Shown here: positions 38,201 through 51,103 of the stretch, one piece after another | How positions within the stretch are numbered: position 1 is the first letter of the stretch | Layout: every line of letters begins with the position of its first letter | Source: Chiloscyllium plagiosum | Taxonomy: Eukaryota | NCBI RefSeq assembly: GCF_004010195.1 | Contig: NC_057751.1 | Span: forward strand, 7,364,063 to 7,428,062 | Direction of reading: 5' to 3' | Length of the DNA: 64,000 nucleotides | Position numbers and translations under genes: made by a program | Notes under the pieces: generated by a model | Told to the model about the DNA's origin: nothing | Databases searched by the model: none | What the model saw: the letters and a program-made list of their open reading frames with translations, nothing else

Positions 38201-41200
38201 TTTTGTCTCCAGAAATAATTACACAGAAGTACAAAATCCCAAGCTGTGAGTCATGTTAAAAACAGAATCACCTTTCAGGCTTGTATCTAATGAAAGGGTT
38301 TTGTTTATGTGAAGAGTAATACAAGTGCATTGCAGGCTGAGAGCTTGCTTCAGATTGTGTTGATAGACAAGAATCGCATGTACAGGAGTGAATGAAGAGT
38401 TGAGGTTGGAGGAAGGACACAAAGAGCAAAAACATGCTAGGCGTAGTAAGCAGGTTAGACAGCATTCGTGTCAAATTTGGGAACGATCATGAATTTGAGA
38501 AGTGAAGTCAGTCCTGTCTTCAGCAATAGATTGACTAAAAAACTATATTCAAGCTGTTTTCTTGCTGATTCGTGATTGCCTAAGGATGTCTCTCTCTCTT
38601 CCTTTCTTCTCATCCGTTTTTCAAGTCACGACCGGTAGTGTGGCTGTTAGCCATGTTGATATCTGTTTCATATTTTCAATCCAGGGAACACCATACTATT
38701 TGCATACCTGCACCACTTGTTTTATGAGAAATACCGGTTTGGCTAGCGCCATGAATATTGAAGCAATGAAGCCTTATTTTGCATTGCCTTAATGTCACTT
38801 TTCTTTTGTTCTAAGTCATACTGACGTGAGTGAGTTGGTCTCGTGGTAAGATGGATTTGCATTATTTCTATGCACGCACCAACATTTCTCAGAAGAACCA
38901 AAATTGCTGGGTCATGGATTTTAATGAGCAGCTGCAGAAATGAGGTTTCGATGGTGGGAGCAGTTGCAGTTTAGTTCCTGATTTTACCCTGTTTGCCAGT
39001 TTGGTGTTCCACCTGGGGAAGTGGACTGAGTGATGGCAGGTTGTTGCTGCTGCTGTTGAAGTCCACCCTGGAAGTCCACATGTTCTCATCCTGCACACAG
39101 CCATTTAATAAGAGACCCAGATGCAAAACTGAACAAATGCATCACTGAGGCACCAGTTCACTCTGTTTAGCTGTGTATCATGACCATCCCTTCCGCCAGC
39201 ACCCAGTTAGATAAACTTGTGACGTTCAAGTTTGGACTTGGTAATCCTCGCAACGTAAAAGGTGGATGTGAACACTGCCCATCGATTATTTCTTTGTTCT
39301 GCTGTTTGCCGCTTAGCTAATACCATTAATGGCTTCCTTAATGGCCATGAATTAGGCTTGCAAGAGTGCATGTAACATTACATTATAAAAATCTTGGTGC
39401 AGCTGATCCACTTGGGCCTACTTGAGTGCACATGAGGCACAGTAAAGCTGTTCTGTGTTTAAACTCTCCCAGGATATGTGCAATGAAACTAGTCGAGAGT
39501 CAATTTTCTAAGTGTACTATTTAACTGTGTGTTTTGTCTGAGAGCAAAGCTCCTTGAATATAGCTGTGACATAAAATACCTTCACATTTTTCTGTAGCGC
39601 TCAGTCAGTTCTCAGCTTTGGGTTATTATTATTGGGCATTTGGATAAGTTTTAGGTTTCTGCCGATAATCTGTGTTGAAGATGTTTGAGCTCATTTTATT
39701 GTAACTTGGTAAGTGGGACTGTTTGTAACTCATGATCTGGTCTAAAGTTTGATGTGAACTATAACTGAGCTTCTTTGTTGTTCCATTCAAGGGCTATTGA
39801 CCACACAGGAGTCAAGTTAGTGTAATCTGAGACTTGGAAATGACAGAGTGCAATCCCATGGTCTCGATTACAACTAAGTGAATACCTGATTGCTCATAGT
39901 TGTAACCTATCTTTGCTTTTTGCCGAATCCTTGTCCTTGTTTAATTGCTGCTGCAATTGGATTTTGGGTGGTGTCATCGGATCCTACTTAGGGCTATTCA
40001 TTAATTTAGCCTCTGACAGCAGCCAGAGTTTATAGGAAGGGAACAGGGGAAAGGAGTACAATGAGGTCAAAGCAGGAAGCAGAGAGCTGACTGTGTGTGG
40101 GTGTTTATTTCCAACTAGGAACATTTGCAGATGTAAAGGGGTGGAACCGTTGGAAAACACTGCCTACTTTATGTCCTGTCCCTATCCCTTGAGACAGGCT
40201 GAGCAATGGTTTAATCACCAGCAGCAAGAGGTAATTATATAGCACATGTCAAGATGCTTCATAGGTAAAGGAATAAATGAAATGTGACTTAATCAGAATG
40301 CTGATGGGGGTAGTGGAGGGGGGAAAATTTTCATGAAAGTGAGGTGGGGGGAGGCAACAGAAGAACATGAGAGGGAGATGTTGAGGAAAAATGCAAGCTG
40401 TGATCTCTTTGAAGGCCCGGCTGTCACAGATGCAAAGAAGATGCCTGAGGGATTAGAATCGGTGGTGTAACCTTGTGTCCGTAGTTTAACTGGACAAAGG
40501 TCAGGTTCCATTGTGACCCCTGCCCCTGTTGGTTCGTTTTTATGTTGATGCTGGATTGTAATGGTCTGGATTGTAATTGTTATTTAATACTTCACTGCCT
40601 CCCAGCTGTCAGAGGTAATGAGGATAGGTGATACTTACGGATATCTGGAACACTGCAAGATTGTCAGTAGCTTCAAGAATCTGGCAAAAATTGTTCAAGA
40701 AATGTTCAATACTAGTGCTTTTGTCTTTTTGAACTTGAATCATTGCACACTCTAAACACAGAACAAAAGATGCATCGTTAGAGACAGCTGAAACGAGATG
40801 TTTCTGAAGTCGTAAAATGCTATCTTGTGTTTTTTCAGTGATTAAATCTAGTGTCATAATCTTTGGCTAAGGCCTCCCCCCGCCCCCAATGCTCTTGGCT
40901 GTAGATGCTGCAGTCCCTGATATGATGGTGACGCAAGTTGAGTCCGTTGGGACACTTGGTATTGAGGGATTACCGTAGCCAGCTGCTGACGATACTTGGA
41001 GCTGAGACTGATTTAGATAATCAGAAGATGCAACTGAGAAGCTAGCCAGTGAATCCACTGAGTCTGCCAACACTCAGGATACTCATTTTAACCCACTCCT
41101 CCATCCTTCAACTGCTAACTGCAGGTTTAACAGGCTGTTCACTCTTGTTATGTGATTAGCCCACTGTTTGAAATCAGTTTGAGTTTTTTTTGTTGAAACT

Positions 41201-44200
41201 ACTCCGAGTATTTGGGCCACTGATTGTGGCAGTATACGTTACTTCTGAAAAGCACTAAATTGCTTTTGTCTTGCCAAGATTTGTCTGGCTTTTCCCACAA
41301 GTGGGAAGATGCTTTAGAACCCAGCTGTCTCAGAAGCCATACAATTCTTGGCATTGGCACTTTAATGGCCAACACCTTGGCACTCATGGCATTGCATCTT
41401 CCTGATTTCCATTCAAGATTTCCACTCAACCAACACTCCTCCTCCTGTCAAGTAGTCAGTTATCTCAATTATGTAGACATCAAAAAGTTACTGAATGTTC
41501 ATATCCTGTCGGACCATGCTTCTGTCCAAAGTCCACATGCCCACTTTTTTTGGGGCTGCAAGCAGTGTATTTTAATATGTTTAATGGGGTGCTCGTCATG
41601 TGCACTCCATGTTACTTGGGTGTTCCTGGATACACCGTTCTGGGTTTGCAATTGAGTGACTTGTTCCTTTCCTCCTCCCAAGTTTTGGCATATTTCCCAA
41701 AGAAATATGTAAAGGGATGAAGGAGGGTTGCAGGCATTTGGGTGCAAACATGTTTAGCTGAGATGCAACATTTACATATGGTGGTGATTTGAAGTGGACA
41801 TCAGAGCAGATGACCAAAAAACTTAGCCAAAAGTAATATATTTAGTGGAGAGCCTTAAAAGAGGGAGAGGTGGAAAGGTCCAGTGAGGAAGATCTAGAGC
41901 TGAGGACTGATAAGTTAAGGGCACTGCCTCTAAAAGCTATGATGAAAATGCAGAAATAGAAAATAACTTCAATATTCGAGGTTTGCAGAATTTTTGACGG
42001 GCATTGGTGAGAATGTAGGGGATTGGAGTGAAACCACAGACAGATTTCAGCAGGCCGAATCCTTAAAATGAGCTGTTAATCCAATCTGGAGTTAATGGCT
42101 CGCAGAATCTGATCGTGCTGACATACTATTTGCCAATCTGAGCTCCAAATTCCTTTAAATAGGGCATTATATCATCTGCATTCAATTGCATTAAATATAA
42201 GAGGAGTCAAGTTTTGCCATGAAAGTTGTCTCAAACCACCGGTTAACATGTGAACAGCACTGTTTACACTAGTTATGATAACAAATAATCCTGAGAAGTG
42301 TTGTCATATTGTGACTGCTCCCCATCCTCATATCCTTGGTGAGGAGTGTATATTAGCTAGTCTTGGAGTTGCTGATTCCTCCTGGCAAATGCCTTTCTTG
42401 AATGCTCCCTGACACATTGGGCCATGCTTTCTTCTCCCTGACAGGAGATATCCATAAACACTGCCTGTAAACTGGTGAATGTTGTAATTTGGGTGAGAAT
42501 CCAGAGAGTGGGCAGCTGCTGATCAAGAGTTTTGCTATTTGGTTTGGAAAAAAAGACCTGAAGGTTGGCAATCACTCCAGTTAACAATAAACAGGAGAGA
42601 GAATTTTGAATGTAGCAGTTCGAACGACACTTCCTGTCATACAAACATTTCGCATAACATCCTCAAAAAAACGACTACTTGGATCTCAGCTGGAGTATTG
42701 TGTTCAAATTTGTGAACTGCACTTGAGGAAGGATGTCAAGGGTGTGCAAGTGATCTACAGGAAGGGTACCAGTGATTAAGGATGCAACAAACATGAAGCG
42801 AAGCTGGGAAACTTCTCCTTCTAAACAAAAGACACCAACAGCCTTGAGGAAAGGTCTTTCTTTGTCACCTAACAAAATCTTGCCACACAGCAAGGTTGGC
42901 AATGAGTGGACACAGCATTGATGACAAAGAAAAGATGAGATTAATTCTTTTCCTGCTAAATGATTACTACTTGAAAGCTGGTGGTAGATTGACTGACTGT
43001 AATAAATATAATTTTTGAGCAAATTGTCATTGTACTCGGTCAAGTGTGAATCACTTGGGGGTGAATGGTCACAATCTGTGCAATATGATTTGAGCAGATT
43101 AATCATCCATGTGAAAACATTTTGCAGAACCAGTGCCACTTTTGAGACATGGTCTCATTGTTTTGTAGTAGTTTCAGCTGTTCGTGTACACAAAGTAGGA
43201 GTCGGCTCAGTTCCAATTCATTCTGTTAAACATTTTAGAGTGCCGGTGTAAACAGGAAGGGAAGGGTAACAATATAAGGCTAGGGGTTTCAGAATTAGTG
43301 TGAATGTTATTTTCTGATTTCATAGCTAACACACCTAAGTTTGGTCTGCAGTCTGAGTCCATCTCTGGAATGCATGTGCCCTTCATGTGCAGTTTCACTG
43401 CAGCTTTGATGTGGCAAAATGGGACATGACCCTCAGACATGATCCATTGTTAGATTCTTGTCCTTGCGTGTAGTATCAGCTTTCATAAGACCATGTATGA
43501 ACATGATGCCGGTGAGGTTTGCAGAGACCCAAACCAATGCTTGTTGAACACTGGGTTCAAATTCCTGCCACGGCACTGAGTGGATTTGGAATTGAAGTGG
43601 TATGGAATTGAGAGGCATGAAGCAATGGTGACTGAAACTGCTCATTTTGATGTTGGAAAGTCTGATGAGGTTCATGAATGCCCTTCACTGAGTGCTTCAA
43701 GTTAACTATGGGCAAGTAAATTTTCTGATTTCTACCACGTAGCATTCTCCCTCAGCTGATGAATCGGTACTACATGTTGAACAAGACTTAAGCAGGGAGA
43801 GTGCTAAGGGCACAAAGTAGTTTGGATAGGGGGGTTCCGTGTCCAGCAGCAGCACTATGGATTGAGCCAGTCAGGTCCGAAAGGTCATACCTACTTAGTT
43901 GGGTCTGCTACAAGTGATGAGGGAACCACTGAGAAATAGGCTGATCCTCTGTCTGTCTCATAGCAATCTGCTTGGTAAAGTTGCACCTGTCCATGACAGT
44001 ATTGGTAAGAGTGACGACTGCACAGTCATTGCAGAGAGCAAGCCTTGCCTTCACAATAAGAATACTTAACATTGCATGGCACTAACACTGTGCTAAATGG
44101 GACAGACTTTGAGCAGATCTCGCAACTCTAGATTGGGCATTCAAGAGATGCTGTAAGCCATCAACAGAAGAATTGCACTCCAACACAATCTGCAACCTCA

Positions 44201-45327
44201 TGGCACGTGCATGCACACACACACCCCCCACCCCAATCCAGTTAGGTGACGGGAATCAACTCTTGTTTGCAAGCAGCATGCAAGGAGCAGCTGGAGGTGT
44301 AATTTTTAAAAAATGTGTGAATCTCGTGTTGCTACCAAACAGGACTAATTCAAGGTCAAAAAGCATAAGTAGCAAGTGATAGAACTTAGTGAACCTACAG
44401 CAAACAGATCAGATTTAAGCTCTGGACTTGTCCCATGTATAGTTATGAATGTTGAACAACTGAACAAGCCATTTGGTGGCTTCAAACGTAGACCCATCAT
44501 TAATGGAAGCATCCAACACATGATGTTGACGAAATCCACGCTATCTTCAGCCAGAAGTGCCAAGTGGATGACCCATCTTGCTTCCTCTGCCCAGCATCAT
44601 GGATACAGGGATAGACCATGTGATAAAGAACACATGGTAGCGAGAAGCTCTGGATACTGCCAAGGCTACGGACACTGACAAGCTTGTGATAATAGTACTG
44701 AAGACTTGTAGTTCACAAGGTAATGCCCACCTAGGCAAGTTAAGCTAATAGCTAGAACGCTGGCATCTACCTGACTGTATGAAGAATTTCCCTTGATGTT
44801 CTGCACACTAATGGCAGTACACAACCAAATGGGCAAATTACTTCTCCATCAGTCGATTCTCCAATCATACGTCAAGTGGTGGGAAGTGGCATGAACAGTG
44901 CTATGAAACAATAGTTGCTTAGCAATAAACTGCTCATGGTCCAATTTGTGTTCTGCCAGGATGACTCAGCTACTGATCTGATGACAGCCTGGCTTCAAAT
45001 ATGGACAAAAGAGCTGAATTCCAGAAGTGAGGGAAGAGTAAGAGCCTTGACATGAAGGGCTGTGTTTCACCATAGATTGCAGCAAGGTATCCCAGCAGAA
45101 ATGAACAGGGAGGAGTTGAGTAAAAACTTCAGCTGGTTTGAATCATTGACACAGGCAAAGATGGTTGTGCTCTTTGGAAGTCTAGCATCTCACCTCCAGG
45201 ACTTTACTTGACTTTAGGAGTTCCTTAGGATAGTGTCTGAAGCCCAACCATCTTAAGTTTCATCAGTGACTGACATTCTACCATTTAAGGTCTGAAGTGG
45301 GTACGTTCAACAATAATTGCATGATTT

Positions 45328-45727
45328 CCCTGGAGCGTTGGAGGTTGAGGGGTGACCTTAGAGGTTTATAAAATCATGAGGGGCATGGATAGGATTAATA
45401 AACAAAATCTTTTCCCTGGGCTCGGGGAGTCCAGAGCACGCAGGCATAGGTTTAGGATGAGAGGGGAAAGATATAAAAGGGACCTAAGGGGCAACGTTTT
45501 CACGCAGAGGTTGGTGCATGTATGGAGTGAGCTGCCAGAGGAAGTGGTGGAGGCGAGTACAATTGCAACATTTAAAAGGCATCTGGATGGGTACATGAAT
45601 AGGAAGGGTTTGGAGGGATATGGGCCAGGCTCTGGCAAGTGGGACGAGATCGGGTTGGGATATCTAGTTAGCATGGATGAGTTGGACCGAAGGGTCTGTT
45701 TCCGCACTGTACATCTCAATGACACTC
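45328..45727 (+). mobile_element. CR1 3' fragment nested in an older LINE
   Basis: LEVYKIMRGMDR..VHVWSELPEEVVEA..FKRHLD. Confidence 0.9.
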
Positions 45728-46199
45728 AAACTCGGATACTGAAGCAGTTGTGTTGAAATGCAGCAACAATTATGTAATATTCAGGCTTGAGCTGACCAGT
45801 GGCAAGTAACATGTCTGCTGCACAAATGCCATGCTGTGACCATCACCAATTAGAGAAGTGAACTATCACCTCGTGACACTGAATGGTATCACCACCACTG
45901 AATTCTCTACACACGTCTTAAGAGTTACCATTGACCAGAAAGTCAACTGGACTCGAGACAGTGGCTGAAAGAATAAGTTAGGCTATGAATCGTGCAGCAG
46001 GTAACTTGGCTCCTGACTGCCATAGCCTATCCTTGATTTACAATGCTTAAATCGAAGGGTGATGAGATACTGCCCACTTGTCCAGATGGGTCAGGCTTGA
46101 CACCATCTGGGGCAAGGCAGCCTCTTGCTCCTCTGCCACTCATTACCTATTAGTACTATCTACAAGATGCACTGCAGAACATTGTTTTTACCTAGATCT

Positions 46200-46570
46200 T
46201 TGGCAATGACTGCAGATGCTGGAAACCAGATTCTGGATTAGTGGTGCGAGAAGAGCACAGCAGTTCAGGCAGCTTCCGAGGAGCAGTAAAATCGACATTT
46301 CGGGCAAAAGCCCTTCATCAGGAATAAAGGCAGAGAGCCTGAAGCGTGGAGAGATAAGCTAGAGGAGGGTGGGGGTGGGGGGAAAGTAGCATAGAGTACA
46401 ATAGTTGAGTGGGGGAGGGGATGAAGGTGATAGGTCAGGGAGGAGAGGTTGAGTGGATATGTGGAAAAGAAAATAGGTAGGCAGGACAAGTCATGGGGTC
46501 AGTGCTGCACATTGATGCCCTGGGGTTGAGTCCGTGTGGGCACATTGATGCCCTGGGGTTGAGTCCGTTT
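46200..46570 (-). mobile_element. PLE pLTR fragment with minimal hammerhead at 46294-46321
   Basis: Reverse complement reads CTGATGA-a-gggc-tttt-gccc-GAAAT-GTC. Junction carries a duplicated QPQGINV-coding piece of the PLE ORF end. Interrupts an old LINE. Confidence 0.85.
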
Positions 46571-48189
46571 GTAGAGAGCCCCTTCCAAACCGACGGCCAC
46601 TTCTATCCACAAGGAGTAGGGCAGTAGATAAATTGCTATGTCCCTAACCTGCAATTTACTCTTCCATGCTAATTGCAATCCTGACTTGAAACTTGTGGGT
46701 AAGTCACTCAGTTGCATTAAATTTTGCCTATTAAAACATTTCAGACAAAGTAGTGAAATGATAATTAACACTTGAGTTGCTACATGCAATAACTAACAGA
46801 CCCTTTCAAGTGAGCAAGTATAAGCCTGCAACCCAACTTGGCTATTACCAGATTTGGTGAAATCTGGCCAGATCTTAAACCATCCAAGTTTTGTCTCAAG
46901 ATGTTTACAGGGTTTGGGCCTTCTCCAGTGTTTGTTCTTGTGAAGTTCTGCTGTTGAGTTGCTCTGGTGTTTAATTCTGAGTTGTTAATTCTTGGATTTG
47001 AAGTCATTTTATATTGTTTCTTCGCTTGAGAGTCCTTTAGTTGGAGATGATGAAGGTCTGCAGTTGGCTTCCTGATCAAAAACTATCTGTTTTCAGTTAG
47101 ATTTGGCCTTGAGAGAGAGAGAGAGAGTTAGAAGACACAACATTACAGTGATAACTCCTTAAATTGTTCTGCACAGTCATCAGTTGTCCTTGTGGCAATA
47201 GAGCATTCAACAGATCAGGCCCAAGTGTCAAAGTTGCTTTCTTCATGTAGTCTCAGCAAGACGTGGCTAACTGCTAGAGTTTGTGTAACAGGCTGTCTCA
47301 ATTTCTTGTTTATTTGAGCTGGACTTAGTGCTGTGTGTAATGATGTTTTTGATTTTAGTCCATGAAGAGTCAGTACATTTCTGAAGTCTGTAATATGACA
47401 AAATAATTAATCGTTGCTTCTGTGTCACACGTCTAAACTTTGTCATTTCCTTTCTGAGGGCACGATGGATTTAGTTGTGAAAGGCTGCTGCGGATGGGCA
47501 ATAAATCCTGGCCAGAGTGACAGCATGTTAGGGGAATCTACCATCTTGACCTTGTCTGTCCTTTTATCTGAATCCACACCCACTGCAAGATGATTTAATC
47601 AAATGTATATGCACGCCTGTTACAGTGACTTGAATTTGAGGGTGCTTAACAATGGCTGTACTTGGATACCTTGCAAGTGACACAAGATTGCGTTAGAGAC
47701 TGGAGGCAAGCATGAGCTATAAACCCTGCCTGGCACTATTGTTGGACAGCTGACATTCTGATTTTGAAATTGTTTTCTTGTTGTATCACAATACACGTGT
47801 TTAGAAGTGTCATTGAAATGAAGATGCTCCTGTTGTATCTTAAGCTCATGTGCTGCCTCTCTGATCTACTGGTTATGATCTAATCACTTTGCACAGTGCT
47901 GTACGATGTGATATCCTTCTGCCTTATCCAGAAGATATCGAATCCTGCTGCAATCTGAGTTTGGCGTATATGCCAATGACTTGAAGACACAAGGTCATTG
48001 TGTACCTGCTTGAGTGGTGTATCCGCTGAGCCGGATGGTCTTCCCTAGACATGCATGGGATCAAATGGGGCTAGCAGCCTGGTGGGGGCAAGTCTATTTT
48101 CTGCACTCCTCATGCACAGTTCTGCACCTATTGCCACACAAACTTGTAAAAAGCTTATTTCATGGGCTTTGGGAAATCGCATACATGGT

Positions 48190-48522
48190 ACAGGATACAG
48201 CAGCATAGTTATCTCCACAAAAAGTGTTTTCAGCCGAGAGAATCCAATCCCTACAGTGCAGCAAGAGGCCGTTCAGCCCTTAGGGTCTGCTTCAGTGCAC
48301 CAAAGGGCATCCTATCTAGACCTATCCTGATAACCCTGCCTGATATTAGGGCATATCTACCTAACATTCACCTATTTGGATTGTTGGGCAAAATTGGAGC
48401 ACCTGAAGGAAACCCACGCAGACACTGGGAGACTGTATAAACTCCACACAGACAGTGGCTCAAGACCAAAATCAAACCTGGTGCTGAGGCAGCACTGCTA
48501 ACTAATGGGCCAGTGTGCTGTC
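48190..48522 (-). mobile_element. Old HE1-like SINE
   Basis: ggaaacccacgcagacactgggagactgtataaactccacacagacagt and head remnant. Confidence 0.75.
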
Positions 48523-50979
48523 CAGAGGTCTACAAGTGTAGAAACGTACTTTGCGATTGTGACGTATATGAAGCTAGTTGAAATCCTGTATTTTACCACA
48601 AACAAACACTCTGACATGTTTCCGGAAGGATGGAATTTTTAAGACATTGGATCTAGAGCCTCTGAAGCAAGAGCTAAAATTAACAAGGCTGACAAAAAGT
48701 CTGGACAAGGTTAAGCTTGAGAGCGTGAATGAGGTTACCAAGTTAGGTGGAGGGAAGTATGTCTGTACTTGGTGGAACAAAAAATCTGTTTTATTGTGCT
48801 AAATCGATTAATCCATTTTCCACTCCTTGAGGGTGGTTCAAATTTGGAACTTGCAAATGCAACAAATGAACCCTTCTGCATTTCAGATGTATAGAAAAGA
48901 GGAAGGTACCCAATGAAAAGCAAACAGGAAAGGTGGCAGTTGTAATTGGTCGCAAGAAACTCTGCTAATGTAACAAGTGCTGGCAGAGACTATTTGGGCT
49001 GAGTATCCTGCCTCTGGGCTGTACAGTATAGTGCATGTACCATGAGTTTTGCTGAAATGTTGTTTTTTACAGTTTGTACTTGAAATTTGCCCACTGTCCT
49101 TTTTTTTTAAAAAAAAGTCTCGCAGAGAAATTTCATGCTCCCCATCACAGGGTTGACATCATGTAAGTGGGAACAGACAATGAGCTAACCTGCTCACATT
49201 ACGACATGGCAGCAAGGGATTAGCCCATGATCTAATTTGCCTGCATGATGTGTTTGCACTGCGGGAGATGATTCTCCTCTGAGAATTTGCTATTGTAACG
49301 TAAATGACATGCGATTTAATGATTGCACTGATCTCACTGCTCAATATTCATTTGCTTATATACAAGGGTTCAGCTGGGACTTCTGATGTCTGAAGTTGCG
49401 ATTGGACCTTTATGATGACTATGTCTGCATGTTAACTGATTTAATCATCTGAATAATTGAAACATGAGGGTTTTACTGAGCTGTGTACCAACTGCATCAG
49501 TTTTGAACTGTGCACAGGACAACTGGTTTAAGTTTTTGTGCTGAGCCCATTTTGGAAAAATTGAAGTAGTGGTAAGTGTCCATATTTGAATGAGAGCGTA
49601 GTCTTGGTTGCATGACTCATGAGCCCAGTGGTTGAGTCATTTTGCATTAGTCATGCCCACGGTTTGCATTAGAAAGCTGGCCACATAGTGAGGCTGCTGA
49701 AAACTTAAACAAGACTTATCGTCACTAAGTCATGTCTTTCTCATGAATTCTGGCAGCTTTTATGGAGAGCAACACAGCTGTCGAGTATTTACAGAAATTT
49801 GCTCTGCAATTAACTTTGGGTCAATGACATATTGAGATTGTTTTTGGATCTCTAATCTTACATGGAATGCATTCTAGCTAATTGTTTCTGACTTTTGACT
49901 GCAACATGAGAATTTGGGTATGTTTATAGCTTTGACCAGCTTGCATTACTAATGTTAGATTTTTGTGTGATTACTACCTAACCTGAACTATTTCAGTTGG
50001 TCTTGGTGAGTTGATGAACTTAATGATAAGCACTCTGTCCAGAAGTTCCTAGACCAAGTTGATTGTCTCCACTGTTGGTCAGAAGCTGATTCTATGCTTA
50101 GTCACATTTGTTTTTAAGAGGCAGAATTGATTTGTAAGCATCTCACTAGGACTGAGGGGCCTCCCATGAAAGAGTGTCAAAAAGTTTCGGTTATTCTAAG
50201 CTTTTCTCTATGACTGAATGGAGGTAAATAACTGGAAAATTGTAAGGTTTGCCCCATTTATCCTTTAAAAACCAAATAAGTTCTGATTTATCAAGCTTGA
50301 GTGGTTCAGTGCATTGTTCCCTTGCCTCTGAACCAGAAGATGGCATGAAATCCAACTCTAAAATGTGCTGGCTGTGAAAGATCTCTCCCCCCGCCCCCCA
50401 ATGCAGCTTATGTCTGTCCCTAGCCTGGAAAGGTTGGGAGCAAGTGGAAGGCCTTTCAGTTGTCTGAAGTGCCAACTGAATTTGGTGTTGCATAATGGCC
50501 CCACGCAAGGTGGGTAAAGCGAAGGCACTGTTTGCATTTGAAAGACTGATGGAAACAGGATCACAAAATTGACAAGGCAATTACAATATCTAACTTTGGT
50601 AAGCAAGATGGCACCCACTTTCAATTGGCTAGCTCTAAAGTAATGGCGCAGACAAGTTGGGCCATATAACTGCCTCTGCTCTTTTGGTATTGTTTGAAAT
50701 CTTTGTGTTGACAAGGACAGAAAATGTCTGATGCTCTGCAAAGTGATGCTTGTCTGCAAGGTTATCTTGTATTACTCCATGCTGTTGTGCCATTGTGGAA
50801 TGGTATGGAGTCTGTCAGCTCCTGGCAGGCATTGCGCAGCTTACATAGCCTTCAGGGTCTGCTTGTTGTCTGAAACTCATATGCTGTTCAAAACTTTGTT
50901 GCAGTACTGACCAAGTTAACACTTGTTTGCAGCTTGCCCCACCTCCCAAGACCAAGACGTCACAACACAGTGTGGAAGG

Positions 50980-51103
50980 ATGGAAGATATGGCTAGTCAT
51001 GGCTGTTATTTGCTCATCCTGAGCATCGTGATTGGGACATTGCTTCAGTCAACACAGTCAGTTGGCTGGAATACAGTGCCACGCAAAACTGTGCGACACA
51101 GTG
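50980..51103 (+). CDS. SEMA4C: Semaphorin-4C, first coding exon (exon 50933-51103): signal peptide plus start of the mature protein
   Basis: Acceptor cacttgtttgcAG|50933 and donor 51103|GTAAGT (phase 1). ATG at 50980 in strong Kozak context (aggATGg). Translation MEDMASHGCYLLILSIVIGTLLQSTQSVGWNTVPRKTVRHS has a hydrophobic signal peptide followed by WNTVPRKTV, matching the recalled human SEMA4C N-terminus (..EVWWNLVPRKTVSSG). The next exon (LYVGARE motif) was not found and probably lies beyond 64000. Confidence 0.88.

Larger units (their letters stand above)
43700..46700 (+). mobile_element. Old CR1/L2-group LINE, heavily decayed and interrupted twice
   Basis: Remnants of NY.PIS.., QF.F, ALD.K, GVP.DS.L and WQV.F motifs in order across 44830-45820. 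Confidence 0.6.
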
